Shown: positions 29,235 through 40,977 of the stretch, piece after piece
Position numbering within the stretch: position 1 is the first letter of the stretch
Layout: each line of letters starts with the position of its first letter
Assembly: GCA_030583825.1 (NCBI GenBank)
Contig: CP129477.1
Span: 138,259 to 202,258, forward strand
Length of the DNA: 64,000 bases
Direction of reading: 5' to 3'
DNA from: Candidatus Dojkabacteria bacterium
GTDB lineage: Bacteria > Patescibacteriota > Dojkabacteria > GCA-002793355
Notes under the pieces: model-generated
What the model was told of the DNA's origin: nothing
Seen by the model: the letters and a program-made list of their open reading frames with translations, nothing else
The model's database searches: none
Translations under genes and position numbers: made by a program

Positions 29235-30356
29235 CTATGAGAGTTCACTTAATTTCTTCCACAGTTTTTTCTGCTCTGCCGAGAGTTTCTTTGGAATATC
29301 AAGCTTTACTGTTAAAAGAATGTCCCCTTTTTGTGTGGAATTAAGCTTATATGCTCCCTGCCCTTTAACCTTTAGAATTTCTCCATGTTGAATACCTGCA
29401 GGAAAGGAAATAGTTTTATCGCCATAGGGAGTTTTAATATCAATCTTTCCTCCAAGCACCGCATCCGTTACTGGAATTTTTGCTTCGCCGTATAACGTTT
29501 CTTTCTTTCGCTCGTACGTTTCGAACTTTGGAACAGTTAATACAACAAAAAGATCTCCTGCTTTTCCATTATTGCGCCCGACATTGCCACCGCCTACAAA
29601 TTTAAGAGTAAGACCATCATACGATCCTTTTGGAACTTTTAAGGTGACAGAGACAGCATCTGGAATACGACCTGTTGTTTTACATGCTGAACATGGGTTT
29701 TCTGCTCGTTTTCCTGAGCCTCCACAATTTGGACATTGCGTTGCATACATAAAGTTCCCAAGAAATGAGGCATTTCTCATATGAACATATCCACTTCCCT
29801 GACAATTTTCACATGTGACCATTTTTCCAGTTGTACTACCTACTCCATTACATGTTTTACAACCAACATAACGCTCATAGGTAAGAGTTACTTCGCCCCC
29901 GTCGTTTGCTGTTTCAAAGGGAACTTTAAGCTCTACTTCGCGATCTTCTCCAATTTCCTGGCCTCGACGAGAACGTCGGCCAGCCATTTGCTCTTCAAAT
30001 AAATTGCCAAATAGTCCACCAAAGAGGTCAGACATATCTCCCATATCAAAAGTTGCTCCGCCGCCGAAGTCATTAAATCCTCCAAATGGAGCGCCTCCAG
30101 GCTGGCCACCTCCTGATCGCGCATATTGTTCGTATCCTGCTTTGCCATAGGTGTCGTACATATTTTTCTTTTGTGGATCTGACAAGACTTCGTAAGCTTC
30201 TCCCACTTCTTTGAATTTTGCCTCTGCATCTGGGCTTTTGTTCCTATCAGGATGATATTTTGCCGCGAGTTTGCGGTATGCGCGCTTTATTTCATCTGCA
30301 CTTGCTGAACGAGACACGTTCAAAATATCATAATAATCGTTATTATTCTTTGACAT
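29235..30356 (-). CDS. dnaJ: Chaperone DnaJ
   Basis: The J-domain contains HPDRN. A Gly-rich linker is followed by four CxxCxGxG zinc-finger repeats. Confidence 0.85.
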   Translation of the reverse strand: MSKNNNDYYDILNVSRSASADEIKRAYRKLAAKYHPDRNKSPDAEAKFKEVGEAYEVLSDPQKKNMYDTYGKAGYEQYARSGGGQPGGAPFGGFNDFGGGATFDMGDMSDLFGGLFGNLFEEQMAGRRSRRGQEIGEDREVELKVPFETANDGGEVTLTYERYVGCKTCNGVGSTTGKMVTCENCQGSGYVHMRNASFLGNFMYATQCPNCGGSGKRAENPCSACKTTGRIPDAVSVTLKVPKGSYDGLTLKFVGGGNVGRNNGKAGDLFVVLTVPKFETYERKKETLYGEAKIPVTDAVLGGKIDIKTPYGDKTISFPAGIQHGEILKVKGQGAYKLNSTQKGDILLTVKLDIPKKLSAEQKKLWKKLSELS

Positions 30357-30383
30357 AGCTATAGTAAGTTCCTATAATAGGTT

Positions 30384-31172
30384 ATGCTCCCGATTTTACC
30401 AAAGACTGCCCTTTCTTCACAAGAAAAGAGGGTAAAATATACGGAGAAGTCAAAACAAAGCAATACTCAAAAATTGAGTGTTCTTAAAGGTCTCTCCAAG
30501 TTCGTTATTATAGGTGGATTATTATTGTTGGTTACTCAATTATTACCACTTGGAGTTTCATATGCACAATCATTTATTGTACACGCATATAATGGAGAAA
30601 CATATATTCCCGTCAGCCAGAATTTCTTACAAAAAATGATTTCGGTGCAATATATTGATCCGGGACAGGCATATTTTCAATCAGTTGTAGACCATCAAAG
30701 GGTACAAGATATCACGATTGATACGAGCTATACACAGCCAATGAATATAACCGTCGGCACGGCAGAAATTAATAATATCCTTTTAACTCCGAATGTTCCC
30801 GGCTCTGACAAATCTCTGTACGAAGCAGCACTTAAAAAAGGAGTTGCCCACTTAAAAGGAACCCCCTTGCCGGGCAGCGGGGGTACATCCATAATTTATG
30901 GACACAGCGGACTTTCGGGACTTCTTGTGAGCCCACATAATCCACAGATTATTTTTTCACGATTAGATGCAGCAAATGTTGGAGATACTGTTACAATACA
31001 CAGAGACGGTAAAGAGTTGCAATATCTTGTGACATCTAAGAAAATCATAGAGCCGACCGATGTCACATTTATTACAGATACGAGTCACAAAGAAAAAATT
31101 GTGCTCATTACCTGTTGGCCACTCGGCATCGGCACAAAAAGATTAGTTTTAATTGGTGAAAAAATACAATGA
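30384..31172 (+). CDS. Sortase-family transpeptidase with an N-terminal membrane anchor
   Basis: The TLxTC-type catalytic motif is present as VLITCWP, and an upstream His region reads IIYGHSGLSG. A TM helix is present. The start codon lies 27 bp from the divergent dnaJ start, so it may be mis-set. Confidence 0.7.
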   Translation: MLPILPKTALSSQEKRVKYTEKSKQSNTQKLSVLKGLSKFVIIGGLLLLVTQLLPLGVSYAQSFIVHAYNGETYIPVSQNFLQKMISVQYIDPGQAYFQSVVDHQRVQDITIDTSYTQPMNITVGTAEINNILLTPNVPGSDKSLYEAALKKGVAHLKGTPLPGSGGTSIIYGHSGLSGLLVSPHNPQIIFSRLDAANVGDTVTIHRDGKELQYLVTSKKIIEPTDVTFITDTSHKEKIVLITCWPLGIGTKRLVLIGEKIQ

Positions 31173-32488
31173 ATAGAAATATTCTGATCCTCGTTCTGGT
31201 TATTATCATTATTATTGCAGTACTCGTTGGTATTGTTATATTTCTGCCACGAGGCGATAGTTCCGGACAGAAAGTCGTTATTAACTATTGGGGATTATGG
31301 GATCCTCCAGAAGTATACGAAGAGCTTTTCCAAGAATATGAAAATAACAATCCAAATGTTGATGTTGTCTATGCTCAGCGACGATTTGGAAACGATCAGT
31401 CAAATAGCTACAAAGGCCAATACCAGGCATCTGTAGATGAGCGTCTCGCAAACGGGGAAGTTGACATTGTGAGAGTACACCAAAGCTGGATTCCACGAAT
31501 CTTACCGCAGCTTTCTGCAGCACCGCAAAGCATTTTTAATGATCAGGAAGTAAAAGCAAATTACTATCCTGCAGTCAGCGAAGCAATTGTGACAACTCGA
31601 GGAGAAGTCTACGGAGCACCAATGATTATTGATGGATTGGTACTGTTTTATAATAAGGATTTATTCACAAAGGCAGGCGTTACAAATCCTCCTACAGATT
31701 GGGATGATGTCGTTGAAGTCAGCAAAAAGCTTACAGTCACTGTAAACGGAGAAATTCAGCAGGCAGGTATTAATCTTGGATCAGCAAGCAACTCTTTGCA
31801 CGCATTTGAAATTGTCCTTCTGATGATGACACAGGCAGATGTTGATATGGTATCTCTTGATGCAACAAATAAAATTCAGGCATCATTTGCAACACAGAAA
31901 GCTGCTGACGCAGTGAATATGTATTTTGACTTTGCTCGTGTCCATAAAGTATGGTCGAGCCGATTACCAAATGATTTACAGTTATTTACTGAAGGCCGAC
32001 TTGCAATGATGATTGCGCCAAGTTGGAGAGCAAACGACATTATTAATGCAAATGCAAATCTTAATTTTGATGTTGCAGCCGTTCCTATTTTGCCAGGTGC
32101 AAACCGAGATACTCCTCAATATCTTGCATCATATTGGGTTGATGTCGTCTCTAAAAAATCACGAAACCCCGCAGAAGCATGGAAGTTGCTTGCATGGTTA
32201 TCACAGCCTGCACAAATGAAACGAATTTATCAGAAGCAGGCTTCATTAAGAGCCTTTGGATCACCCTATCCTCGAACGGAAATGGCAAGTGAATTAACCA
32301 ATACGCCGATTTCAAAAGTAATTTTGCAAATGGCTCCGGGTATGAAATCATGGCCACTCTATGATTATGGAAACTGGGAAGTTATTTTTAACTCAGAGCT
32401 TGCAAAACTTGAGACATCGACAGCAGCAGTAAATGCTGGTAATCTTGAGAGTGCACAGTCACAATTGAACCAGTTAATTTTTAAATAG
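31169..32488 (+). CDS. Membrane-anchored extracellular solute-binding-protein-like protein (SBP family 1-like)
   Basis: An N-terminal TM helix is followed by [21 protein letters not shown], a typical SBP_bac_1 start. It overlaps the sortase stop in an ATGA arrangement. No ABC permease or ATPase genes are adjacent. Confidence 0.55.
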   Translation: MNRNILILVLVIIIIIAVLVGIVIFLPRGDSSGQKVVINYWGLWDPPEVYEELFQEYENNNPNVDVVYAQRRFGNDQSNSYKGQYQASVDERLANGEVDIVRVHQSWIPRILPQLSAAPQSIFNDQEVKANYYPAVSEAIVTTRGEVYGAPMIIDGLVLFYNKDLFTKAGVTNPPTDWDDVVEVSKKLTVTVNGEIQQAGINLGSASNSLHAFEIVLLMMTQADVDMVSLDATNKIQASFATQKAADAVNMYFDFARVHKVWSSRLPNDLQLFTEGRLAMMIAPSWRANDIINANANLNFDVAAVPILPGANRDTPQYLASYWVDVVSKKSRNPAEAWKLLAWLSQPAQMKRIYQKQASLRAFGSPYPRTEMASELTNTPISKVILQMAPGMKSWPLYDYGNWEVIFNSELAKLETSTAAVNAGNLESAQSQLNQLIFK

Positions 32489-32495
32489 AGCTTTT

Positions 32496-35400
32496 GTGCC
32501 CAGGAAGCGTTTACAACAATTTGTTCTTTTCTTTTCCTTCCTTTTGTTGTTGATTTTACCTACAGCGATTGTCGGGTACGATAACTTCGGTGATTTACGA
32601 AACATTGCATTTGGAAAACGATTTTTACAGGAAGAAGGACTCTATACAGTGTCAACAGAAAGCTCGACAAATATCACAAAAGATTCTCCCTTTGTTGTTA
32701 CGGCAGAAATATCTTCTCCTGCAGCATTACCACTTAATTATTTTGCGGCTGTTGTTGAATTTGACTCTACAAAGGTAAGTATTTCTGATATTGAACTTGA
32801 AGAAAACAGTGGATTGAAAGTGATTCAGGCAGAAGGATTGTATGTCATTATGCCAAATGGCAACCATGTTCCATCGTCGGTTGAGGATTTGCTTCCTGAA
32901 GGATGTTATGAAGCAAAGACCTGTGACTTCGTTTCGTTTCAAAAGAACACAGCCCGAATGAGAATTAACGGCTTACTCAAAGACGAATTAACTGAGCAAC
33001 AGCGACCGATAAAAATTACATTTGTTGCAGCGAGCGAGTCATCCTCTTCATTTTTTTGGAATAGAAAAACTGTCTCTCCCGAACTAAAGCTTGGCTCTTT
33101 TGTTCGGAATGCAGTACCAGAGTTTCTTACTGAACCGACACTGTATATTACAGAAAACGAGCGTTACTCTTACAAAATCTCCACTCGCGACTTTGATAAT
33201 GACCTTGTTTCCCTATCACTCTCATGCCCACCAAACATTGTCTGTTCTCAGGAAGTTAGCTCACCTGAAGGCATGCAGATTATAGGAAATGAGCTTGTTT
33301 GGGAAACTCCACGAGCTCGACAGGATAAATACATTATTACTATCTATGCGGATGATGGAAAAAGCGTTTCTACACAAACATTTGCGTTAAAAGTCCTTCG
33401 TGCAGAAGAAAGGAATTTTTCATGCACATTCACAATTGGATACGCAGTAAAGGTTGTTGATTACAAAAAAGTAACTCCGCTCATTTTAGATGCGCAGCTT
33501 TCGTCGGGAATTTCAAAAGTAGATGTGTCATTAGCTAAAGAAAATACTGTTGAAACAACATTTTCTTACACATTCGAGAATAATCCACAGTCAATAATTC
33601 TCGATGAGAATGCAAACCCACCTCTCGCATACAAATTCAACGAAGGAACATATACAGGTGAAGCAATCATTACTGATCCTTCGGGCAATGTGTATAGTTG
33701 TGAGCTGGTTAATAGCTATGGTGATAACAGTATTAACATCTCTCCTGTAACGGCAGCAGTTTCAGATTTTTTAGATAGCGTTGTCCAATCGGTGCGCGCC
33801 GCATCTGCTATTATCGTTGGCGATAACAGACCTCCAACATTTACAACGAATCCATACACGCAATCACAACCGGGAGTTTCTTTTGTTGTTAACACTTCTT
33901 ATAACTATGTACTGACTGCGCAGGATCCAGATGGAGACCCTCTTTCATATACAAGAGTAGCTGCGCCTTCATGGGCAAATGTATCAGTGCTGCAAAATTC
34001 GGGAGGAACTTTATCACTGCAAATAACTGGTGTTCCTACAACTGGAGGCAGCAATTTATTTGCATTCACAATTAACGATGGTAACGGTAGTTTTATTACA
34101 CAAACTTGGGTGATCAATGTTGATTATCCTGACAACGATATTCCAAGAGTCACTATTAAACAGCCGACAACCGGTATTACGCGAACACAAGGCCAGACTT
34201 TTTTTCTTGAATGGGATGTTGAAGATCGGAATCAAATCGTTAAATTCGAACTGTACTATACTAAACAGTTAGGCGGGCCATTAACAACATTTAACAATAA
34301 TATTGGCTTTCGCACGAGATCAATGACTCTTGGTACAGGCAATATTCCCCCTGGAGATTATTACTTTGTTCTTAAAGCGTACGATAACAGAAATCCAGCA
34401 GGTATTGGACAGGGAGTTACTCAACTTGTTCGTATTCTTCCACGACCGCAACCAACCCAAACAGTTGCACCAACACCGACTCCCACACAAACAACAGCTC
34501 CAACAAGTACACCATCCGTAACTCCTTCAGGAACGGTGACGCCAACTCCCACCCCTACGCCTACAGAATCAGTAACTCCAACACCGACTGTGTCAGAAAC
34601 ACCTACTCCGACCCCAACCCCAACAGAAGAGATTCCCACCCCTACACCGGAATTGGTCTTTATTAGTGTTGTCAAACCTATTGAAGGGGGGAAGCTTGCT
34701 GCTGAAGAATTAGAAATTGTCGCACGTATAAATGCATCAAATGAGGCGACATTGCAATGGAGAAACGTTACTGTATTAATTAACGATCTCGACGTTTCTT
34801 CAAAAGTATCTCGCTCAAGCGAAGAAGGAAAAACAATTTCGTTAGCGTATCGCCCTGCAAATTTGCTACCGAAAGGAAACCACACAATTACTATTCGAGC
34901 TACCGATAGCGAAGGAAATGTAGGAGAAAAGAAAGTCTCGTTCAGCATTACAGAACTCATGATTACTGAAGATGTCGAAGATACGACAAACTTTCTTGGG
35001 TTTAAAATTCCAACAGCTATTCGAAATATTTTCCTGATAGGACTTGTTATTCTCGTACTGGCACTCTTACTTCCAATATTGCTGTACATGACCTGGAGTC
35101 GAGGCAATAAGAAAACAACAGTTCAGACGACAGTAACACCGCCAGCACCAAAACCGGCAAGCCCAGCAGTATTCCCCACGACTCAATCAGGAATGCCAAA
35201 AGTGACAAATACAACACCGCAACCATCAGCACCTGTTATGCCATCTGCACCGCCGGCTCCAGCGCCTCAACCACAGCGTGTATCGTCGTATTCTCCAGAA
35301 AATGCAGGCCTTACGACAGCATCCAGTAATGCACCTCAGTCAGTACAACCTGCACAGGTAACACAGAGTGCTGCTCCTAAGCCATCACCGTTGCCGGCAA

Positions 35401-35969
35401 GTACACCGAGTTCGTCACAGATTCCTCGGTCAGCAAATATTCCAAACTTTATTCAACCGAAAGCAGGCGCACCGAGCACTCTGCAAACTTCCCAGCCTAG
35501 TGCATCAGTACCAACGTCTCAGGCCAAAGTGAATGCTCCCGCAGCAGCTCCACAACCTCAACCACGTCCTGTACAACCGACACAGTCATATGCTCCACCG
35601 CAACAACCGAGTGTTGCGCCTCAAGCTCCGTCAATGACTCCAGCTGCTCCTCAAAAGCCAGCACCAACGAACATACAAAAACCGGATATGATTCCTTCTA
35701 AGAATATTCCTACATCGCAAACGACACCAACACAAAGGCCTGCAACGGTAACACCAATTCAGAAACCAGGAACTGTAACACCGGTGGGACAAAAAGTACC
35801 GACAACAGTACCTGTTCAAAGTACTCCCGTAGCAAAAGCTCCAATCGCACAACCACCACAGAAACCACAAGGGCCTGCAACTGTTCCTCAGAATATTCCT
35901 GCATCAGGAGATAAGCCTTTGACGCAAAACCAGAAACTCCCACCAAAGTCTCCAGTGACGATAACATAG
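32496..35969 (+). CDS. Giant surface protein (1157 aa) with dystroglycan-type cadherin-like/putative Ig domains, a Pro-Thr linker, a TM helix and a 300-aa Pro/Gln/Ala-rich C-terminal tail
   Basis: It has a signal peptide. The cadherin-like pattern appears in PPTFTTNPY...[25 protein letters not shown]...[18 protein letters not shown]-rich linker reads [20 protein letters not shown].... A TM helix lies near residue 840 ([22 protein letters not shown]). No LPXTG or LAXTG sorting motif was found. Confidence 0.6.
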   Translation: MPRKRLQQFVLFFSFLLLLILPTAIVGYDNFGDLRNIAFGKRFLQEEGLYTVSTESSTNITKDSPFVVTAEISSPAALPLNYFAAVVEFDSTKVSISDIELEENSGLKVIQAEGLYVIMPNGNHVPSSVEDLLPEGCYEAKTCDFVSFQKNTARMRINGLLKDELTEQQRPIKITFVAASESSSSFFWNRKTVSPELKLGSFVRNAVPEFLTEPTLYITENERYSYKISTRDFDNDLVSLSLSCPPNIVCSQEVSSPEGMQIIGNELVWETPRARQDKYIITIYADDGKSVSTQTFALKVLRAEERNFSCTFTIGYAVKVVDYKKVTPLILDAQLSSGISKVDVSLAKENTVETTFSYTFENNPQSIILDENANPPLAYKFNEGTYTGEAIITDPSGNVYSCELVNSYGDNSINISPVTAAVSDFLDSVVQSVRAASAIIVGDNRPPTFTTNPYTQSQPGVSFVVNTSYNYVLTAQDPDGDPLSYTRVAAPSWANVSVLQNSGGTLSLQITGVPTTGGSNLFAFTINDGNGSFITQTWVINVDYPDNDIPRVTIKQPTTGITRTQGQTFFLEWDVEDRNQIVKFELYYTKQLGGPLTTFNNNIGFRTRSMTLGTGNIPPGDYYFVLKAYDNRNPAGIGQGVTQLVRILPRPQPTQTVAPTPTPTQTTAPTSTPSVTPSGTVTPTPTPTPTESVTPTPTVSETPTPTPTPTEEIPTPTPELVFISVVKPIEGGKLAAEELEIVARINASNEATLQWRNVTVLINDLDVSSKVSRSSEEGKTISLAYRPANLLPKGNHTITIRATDSEGNVGEKKVSFSITELMITEDVEDTTNFLGFKIPTAIRNIFLIGLVILVLALLLPILLYMTWSRGNKKTTVQTTVTPPAPKPASPAVFPTTQSGMPKVTNTTPQPSAPVMPSAPPAPAPQPQRVSSYSPENAGLTTASSNAPQSVQPAQVTQSAAPKPSPLPASTPSSSQIPRSANIPNFIQPKAGAPSTLQTSQPSASVPTSQAKVNAPAAAPQPQPRPVQPTQSYAPPQQPSVAPQAPSMTPAAPQKPAPTNIQKPDMIPSKNIPTSQTTPTQRPATVTPIQKPGTVTPVGQKVPTTVPVQSTPVAKAPIAQPPQKPQGPATVPQNIPASGDKPLTQNQKLPPKSPVTIT

Positions 35970-35983
35970 TGCTATAATACCCC

Positions 35984-37927
35984 ATGAAGAACACTCAATG
36001 GACGAGCTCTCAGTTAAAACAGAGCTTTTTAGATTTTTGGAAATCAAAAGGACATACGATTATTCGCAATGCCAGTTTGCTTCCTGAAAATGATCCGTCT
36101 GCTCTCTTTACGTCAGCAGGAATGCATCCACTCGTTTCGTATTTAATGGGAACACCACACGAGTCAGGAAATACAAAGCTTGCTAATATTCAACGATGCT
36201 TGCGTACAGGAGATATTGAAGAAGTCGGAGTTACCCGACGCCACCTCACTTTTTTTGAAATGGCCGGAAACTGGTCGCTTAATGATTACTTTAAAAAAGA
36301 AGCGATCAATTGGTCATTTGAATATCTCACATCAAAAGAATGGCTTGGACTTGATCCTGCACGATTATACGCAACAGTCTTCAGAGGCGACGATGATGCT
36401 TCAAAAGACGAAGACAGCATTCAAATATGGAAAGATGTTTTTAACACAGTAGGTATTGGTGCAAATGTCGTAGATTTACCTGAAGATTCTGACACTATCG
36501 AGCATATTTCATGCTATTCAAAAAAAGAAAACTGGTGGGGCCCTGTATCAAAAACTGGCCCATGTGGCCCCGACACTGAAATCTTTTATGACACTGGAGC
36601 ACAGCATGACCCCGCATTTGGAAAGTACTGCCATCCAAACTGCGATTGCGGCCGATTCATCGAAATCTGGAACAATGTATTCATGGAATTCTTTAAAAAC
36701 GATGCAGGTCAGTACGAAAAAGCTCCTTTAAAGAACGTTGACACAGGGCTTGGAATTGAAAGAGTCATCCTTATTTTGCAATATAAAGATAATGACGGAA
36801 ACGTAGACAAGCGATTGACTATCTTTTCTACCGATTTATTTGAATCACTCTCAAAAATCCTTGTTAATTATTTCTTCGATAATACACTCACTCAGCCATT
36901 AGATATTTACCTAAGCGAAAAGAATATTCCAGAACCCGATCAGATTGCCATAAAAGTTATTATTGAACATACACGAGCAGCAGCAATGGTTCTCTCGGAA
37001 CATATTGAGCCGTCCAATAAAGACAGAGGATATGTATTACGACGTTTGCTCCGCAGAGCGATGCGAAATATGATGAAACTTGCTGATACATATGCTCCAA
37101 CCAAAAAACAAAAACTCGATGAATTATTGGGAACTCTTTTAGAAGATATTATTACCCAATATGGAAATGAATATCCGGAGTTAACAAAAGAAAAAGAAGC
37201 TATTCTTTCGCTTGCGCATACAGAATTTAAAAAGTTTGAGCAGGCATTGCAGCGTGGAAGCACCCTCTTTATGAATACTATTCCAGAAAAATTGAATGGA
37301 GAACTTGCATTCGATTTATACCAAAGTTATGGTTTTCCTTTTGAGCTCACGCAGGAAATGGCAGCAGAGCGAGGCATTACAATTTCAACAGTTGATTTTG
37401 AAAAAGCAAAACAGCTTCATCAGGAAGTTTCCCGCAAAGGAATGGAAAAGAAATTTGCCGGAGGGTTGGGAGATAAATCTCCACAGTCAGTAATGTATCA
37501 CACGCTCACTCATTTGCTTCATAAGTCGCTTCGAGACATCTTTGGCCAGGACATTCACCAGCAAGGAAGTAATATCACACCGGAACGATTACGCTTTGAT
37601 ATTAACATAAAAGAAAGGCTTACCGACGAGCAAATCAAAGAAGTTGAAAACAGAATTAACGGTTGGATTGCAGAAAAACTTCCTGTGACCCGTGATGAAG
37701 TTTCAGCAGAGGAAGCAGATCGCCGTGGAGCTTTAGCATTCTTTAGTGAAAAATACGGAAGCACAGTTACGGTATATACAATTGGATCTCCGGATTCTCC
37801 TGTTTCAATTGAACGTTGCATGGGGCCACATGTTACAAATACCGGAGATATTCAGGGAACATTCAAAATCACAAAGCAAGAAAAAATCGGCGCCAACCTT
37901 CTCCGAATTAAAGGTCAACTTGTATAA
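35984..37927 (+). CDS. alaS: Alanine--tRNA ligase, short form lacking the C-Ala domain
   Basis: The N-terminal class II core reads FTSAGMHPLV...RCLRTGDIEEVG...HLTFFEMAGNWS. The editing-domain motif HTLTHLLH is present. The product is 647 aa. Confidence 0.8.
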   Translation: MKNTQWTSSQLKQSFLDFWKSKGHTIIRNASLLPENDPSALFTSAGMHPLVSYLMGTPHESGNTKLANIQRCLRTGDIEEVGVTRRHLTFFEMAGNWSLNDYFKKEAINWSFEYLTSKEWLGLDPARLYATVFRGDDDASKDEDSIQIWKDVFNTVGIGANVVDLPEDSDTIEHISCYSKKENWWGPVSKTGPCGPDTEIFYDTGAQHDPAFGKYCHPNCDCGRFIEIWNNVFMEFFKNDAGQYEKAPLKNVDTGLGIERVILILQYKDNDGNVDKRLTIFSTDLFESLSKILVNYFFDNTLTQPLDIYLSEKNIPEPDQIAIKVIIEHTRAAAMVLSEHIEPSNKDRGYVLRRLLRRAMRNMMKLADTYAPTKKQKLDELLGTLLEDIITQYGNEYPELTKEKEAILSLAHTEFKKFEQALQRGSTLFMNTIPEKLNGELAFDLYQSYGFPFELTQEMAAERGITISTVDFEKAKQLHQEVSRKGMEKKFAGGLGDKSPQSVMYHTLTHLLHKSLRDIFGQDIHQQGSNITPERLRFDINIKERLTDEQIKEVENRINGWIAEKLPVTRDEVSAEEADRRGALAFFSEKYGSTVTVYTIGSPDSPVSIERCMGPHVTNTGDIQGTFKITKQEKIGANLLRIKGQLV

Positions 37928-37933
37928 ACAGCT

Positions 37934-38344
37934 ATGACTGTACTCGGCATTGATTACGGCTCTAAAAAGATAGGACTTGCATTGCTCAGCACGGAAACAG
38001 AAATGATATTTCCGCTGAAAGCTGTGTTGAATACGAGAGCGATTCTTGCTGACATTGTGAAAATCTGTGACGAATATCGAATAGAAACTGTCGTTATTGG
38101 ACTTCCCTCTTCTGGAAGCATCGTTAAAAAGATACATAGATTTGCTACGAATTTACATCAAATAAAGAATGTAGCAATAGAATTTGTTTCAGAAGATCTA
38201 AGTTCCCGCTACGCTCATTCTATGCTATCATCCCTAAGAGACAATAATGCCGTTTCAATAAAAGGGTTCGGCAAAAAAGATACTTTTAGTGCCACAGTTA
38301 TTTTGGAAGAATGGCAGACAAAAATAAAATCTAAACACACATAA
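37934..38344 (+). CDS. ruvX: Putative pre-16S rRNA nuclease / Holliday junction resolvase-like YqgF
   Basis: The product begins MTVLGIDYGSKKIGLAL and is 136 aa. The alaS-yqgF-mltG gene order is conserved elsewhere. Confidence 0.75.
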   Translation: MTVLGIDYGSKKIGLALLSTETEMIFPLKAVLNTRAILADIVKICDEYRIETVVIGLPSSGSIVKKIHRFATNLHQIKNVAIEFVSEDLSSRYAHSMLSSLRDNNAVSIKGFGKKDTFSATVILEEWQTKIKSKHT

Positions 38345-39477
38345 TGGCCAGTTACTCAACTGAAAAAATACGCCCACAAAAGTCTGGAAAAAAAGGCCCA
38401 ATTATCCTATTAGGATTATTAATTCTCATTCTTGCACTTGCTGGAGGAACAGTATTTGCACTCGACTCGTTCAATATTGTGAAAATTCAGAGCTATTCAT
38501 GTTACTGGGATTATGGTCACGCAACAGAAAAACTTACGCCCGAAGGAATGACTGAGCAAGACAAAGTGCCGCTTCTTATTGAAAGTGGCGATACAGTTGT
38601 AAGAATCGGACAAAAGTTACAAGAAAAAGGATTGGTCTCTTCTCCTGAATATTTTGCCTGCTATGTAAAAAAGACAAGCGCTGGAGAAAAAATCCAGGCA
38701 GGCTATTTTGAATTACCAGTACCAATTAGCGTTGAACAGCTTGTTCCATTATTGCAAACAGCGAAAGTTCCATCAATACGCATTACTATTAAAGAAGGAC
38801 TTCGACTTGATGAAATTGCCGATATTGTTGACGCCGCACTATCAGAATCAAACCCGATCAAGGCTTTTAATAAAGAAGAATTTCTTGCACTTACGGTAGA
38901 TACGACGGTTATAGAAAATTTTGACTTTATGAAAGGAAAATCTTCACTTGAAGGTATTTTGTTCCCTGATACTTACGATATTCCCAAAAATGCAGATTCG
39001 AAAGCAGTCATTGATTTATTAACTTCAACCTTCCAACGTAAAGTGCTTAATCAGCTTGGTGGAACACTTTCGGTACAGACTCTTTCTACATACGATGTTA
39101 TTACTCTCGCCTCTATTATCGAAAAAGAAGCAGGAAGCAATTTTGAAGAGAAACAAATGGTTGCAGACATTCTACTGCGTCGGTTACGAGATGGGTGGTT
39201 ACTGCAAGTTGATGCAACTTTTATGTATGAACACAAAGATTGGAAGCACGTTATTACAGTACAAGATAAAGCAACAAACACTCCATACAATACATATCTT
39301 CGAAAAGGATTACCTCCAACGCCAATTAATAATCCTGGACTTGATAGTATTCGAGCAGCATTAACTCCAAAAAGTAACCAATATTGGTATTACCTTCATG
39401 GAACAGACGGACAAATTCGCTACGGAGTTACTTACGATGACCATCTTCGTAATATTTCAACTTACCTAAGGCCATAA
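38344..39477 (+). CDS. mltG: Endolytic murein transglycosylase MltG (YceG-like)
   Basis: An N-terminal TM helix is followed by the YceG-like domain containing PYNTYLRKGLPPTPINNPG. Confidence 0.75.
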   Translation: MASYSTEKIRPQKSGKKGPIILLGLLILILALAGGTVFALDSFNIVKIQSYSCYWDYGHATEKLTPEGMTEQDKVPLLIESGDTVVRIGQKLQEKGLVSSPEYFACYVKKTSAGEKIQAGYFELPVPISVEQLVPLLQTAKVPSIRITIKEGLRLDEIADIVDAALSESNPIKAFNKEEFLALTVDTTVIENFDFMKGKSSLEGILFPDTYDIPKNADSKAVIDLLTSTFQRKVLNQLGGTLSVQTLSTYDVITLASIIEKEAGSNFEEKQMVADILLRRLRDGWLLQVDATFMYEHKDWKHVITVQDKATNTPYNTYLRKGLPPTPINNPGLDSIRAALTPKSNQYWYYLHGTDGQIRYGVTYDDHLRNISTYLRP

Positions 39478-39479
39478 CC

Positions 39480-40976
39480 ATGACACGATCAGTAACAGGA
39501 GTAAAAAAGAGCCTCTTCCCTACGGAGAAGTCTGCGGAAGATATAAAAAAAGAGGCGGCAATAAACAGTAAGCCTGAACAAGCAGCTGTGTCTGCTGCAA
39601 AGAAAGGTACACCAAAGAGTCCGACAGGACGCAAAAATTGGATTAGTATTGGATTGCGGTTTCTCATTATTACAATTACTTTTGGGGTATTTGTAGTTGC
39701 CATCCCTACACAGTTCAGAGACTTAGCAGAAGTAACACAGGCATTTGTAAAATCAACAAACTTTACAATCGAATCAAACAGCTCTTTAGATATCGGAAAT
39801 GTGAAAAAGAATCCTGAGCTTAGAAAAGACGCAAATGGAAAAACAAATGTTATGCTTGTAGGTGTTGACACTCGATATGTCGTTGCACGTGGAGGTGGTA
39901 CACTTCGTAATACCGACTCTCTTATGGTTGCAACATATGATCATAAAACTCACCGTGTCGGCCTTATTTCTTTCCCTCGAGATATTATTGCAAACTTTCC
40001 CAATACTCCATCATATATGAAAATTAATGCAATCTACGCAACAGGAGAATCAAGAAGCAAAGGATCAGGGTTAGAATCAATCAAGCAAACACTCGAAAAC
40101 ATGTCTGGACTAAAAATTCAGTACTATGCAATGGTGGATTTAAAAGGCTTCATGACAGTCATTGATCTCCTTGGTGGCATTGATGTATACGTCGAGCGAT
40201 CATTTACAGACTACCAGTATCCCACAGATAATTATCGCTGGAGAACTGTTTCCTTTACCCAAGGATGGGCACATATGAATGGAGATACTGCACTCGCATT
40301 TTCGCGGTCACGACATTCTCAACAAGCTGGTGAAGGTTCAGATTTTGCCCGTGCTCGAAGACAACAAAAAGTTATTCAAGGAGTTATTGATCAGGCACTA
40401 AAGCAAGAAACATTACAAAATCCAAAGAAAATCTTTGAAATTCTAAACGCTATTGCGGGGAGTATTCAAGTAAACCAATTGACACCTGAAGATGTCGAAG
40501 CAGCTTTGGCAATTCTCACAGCAAAAGGAAAACCAGAAATTTTCAATGTTGTTCTCGATCCAACAGTTGCAAACAAAAAGCTTTTACAAGTTGGAGGATA
40601 TGGCACCGGCTATACAATTACAACGATTGGGGGAGTAAAAAATACCGGCCCAATGAGGCAATTTCTTACTGATTTCTCAAACGAGCCAACAATTGTAAAT
40701 GACGTTACTATCCCTGTTTACAATGGAAAATCAGGATCATTTACAAGCAAATACCGTAACCTTACCGGAAGATTCTTCTACATGAAACTCTATAATGCAG
40801 GCACAACAGAAGAATACCAAGGAGACACAGTATTTAACCATGGCGGTGCTCAATACGAACGAGTTAGTAAATTTATTGCTGCAACTATGGGGATGACGTA
40901 TCAGGAAGTCACAGACGAATCTATTCGTGCTCCACGACCAAACGGTGTTCCAGTTGTTATTGTTCTTGGCAAATAA
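39480..40976 (+). CDS. LytR-CpsA-Psr (LCP) family cell-envelope phosphotransferase
   Basis: A TM anchor is followed by the LCP core MLVGVDTR...SFPRD...INAIYATGE...YYAMVDLKGF. Confidence 0.75.
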   Translation: MTRSVTGVKKSLFPTEKSAEDIKKEAAINSKPEQAAVSAAKKGTPKSPTGRKNWISIGLRFLIITITFGVFVVAIPTQFRDLAEVTQAFVKSTNFTIESNSSLDIGNVKKNPELRKDANGKTNVMLVGVDTRYVVARGGGTLRNTDSLMVATYDHKTHRVGLISFPRDIIANFPNTPSYMKINAIYATGESRSKGSGLESIKQTLENMSGLKIQYYAMVDLKGFMTVIDLLGGIDVYVERSFTDYQYPTDNYRWRTVSFTQGWAHMNGDTALAFSRSRHSQQAGEGSDFARARRQQKVIQGVIDQALKQETLQNPKKIFEILNAIAGSIQVNQLTPEDVEAALAILTAKGKPEIFNVVLDPTVANKKLLQVGGYGTGYTITTIGGVKNTGPMRQFLTDFSNEPTIVNDVTIPVYNGKSGSFTSKYRNLTGRFFYMKLYNAGTTEEYQGDTVFNHGGAQYERVSKFIAATMGMTYQEVTDESIRAPRPNGVPVVIVLGK

Positions 40977-40977
40977 T

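Noticed and set aside
34440-34640. Short tandem nucleotide repeats (ACACCGAC/CCAACACC units) that resemble a repeat array at first glance.
   Set aside because: They lie inside the 1157-aa ORF and encode a Pro-Thr linker (TPTPTP). They lack the regular 28-37 bp repeat and spacer structure of CRISPR, and there are no cas genes.
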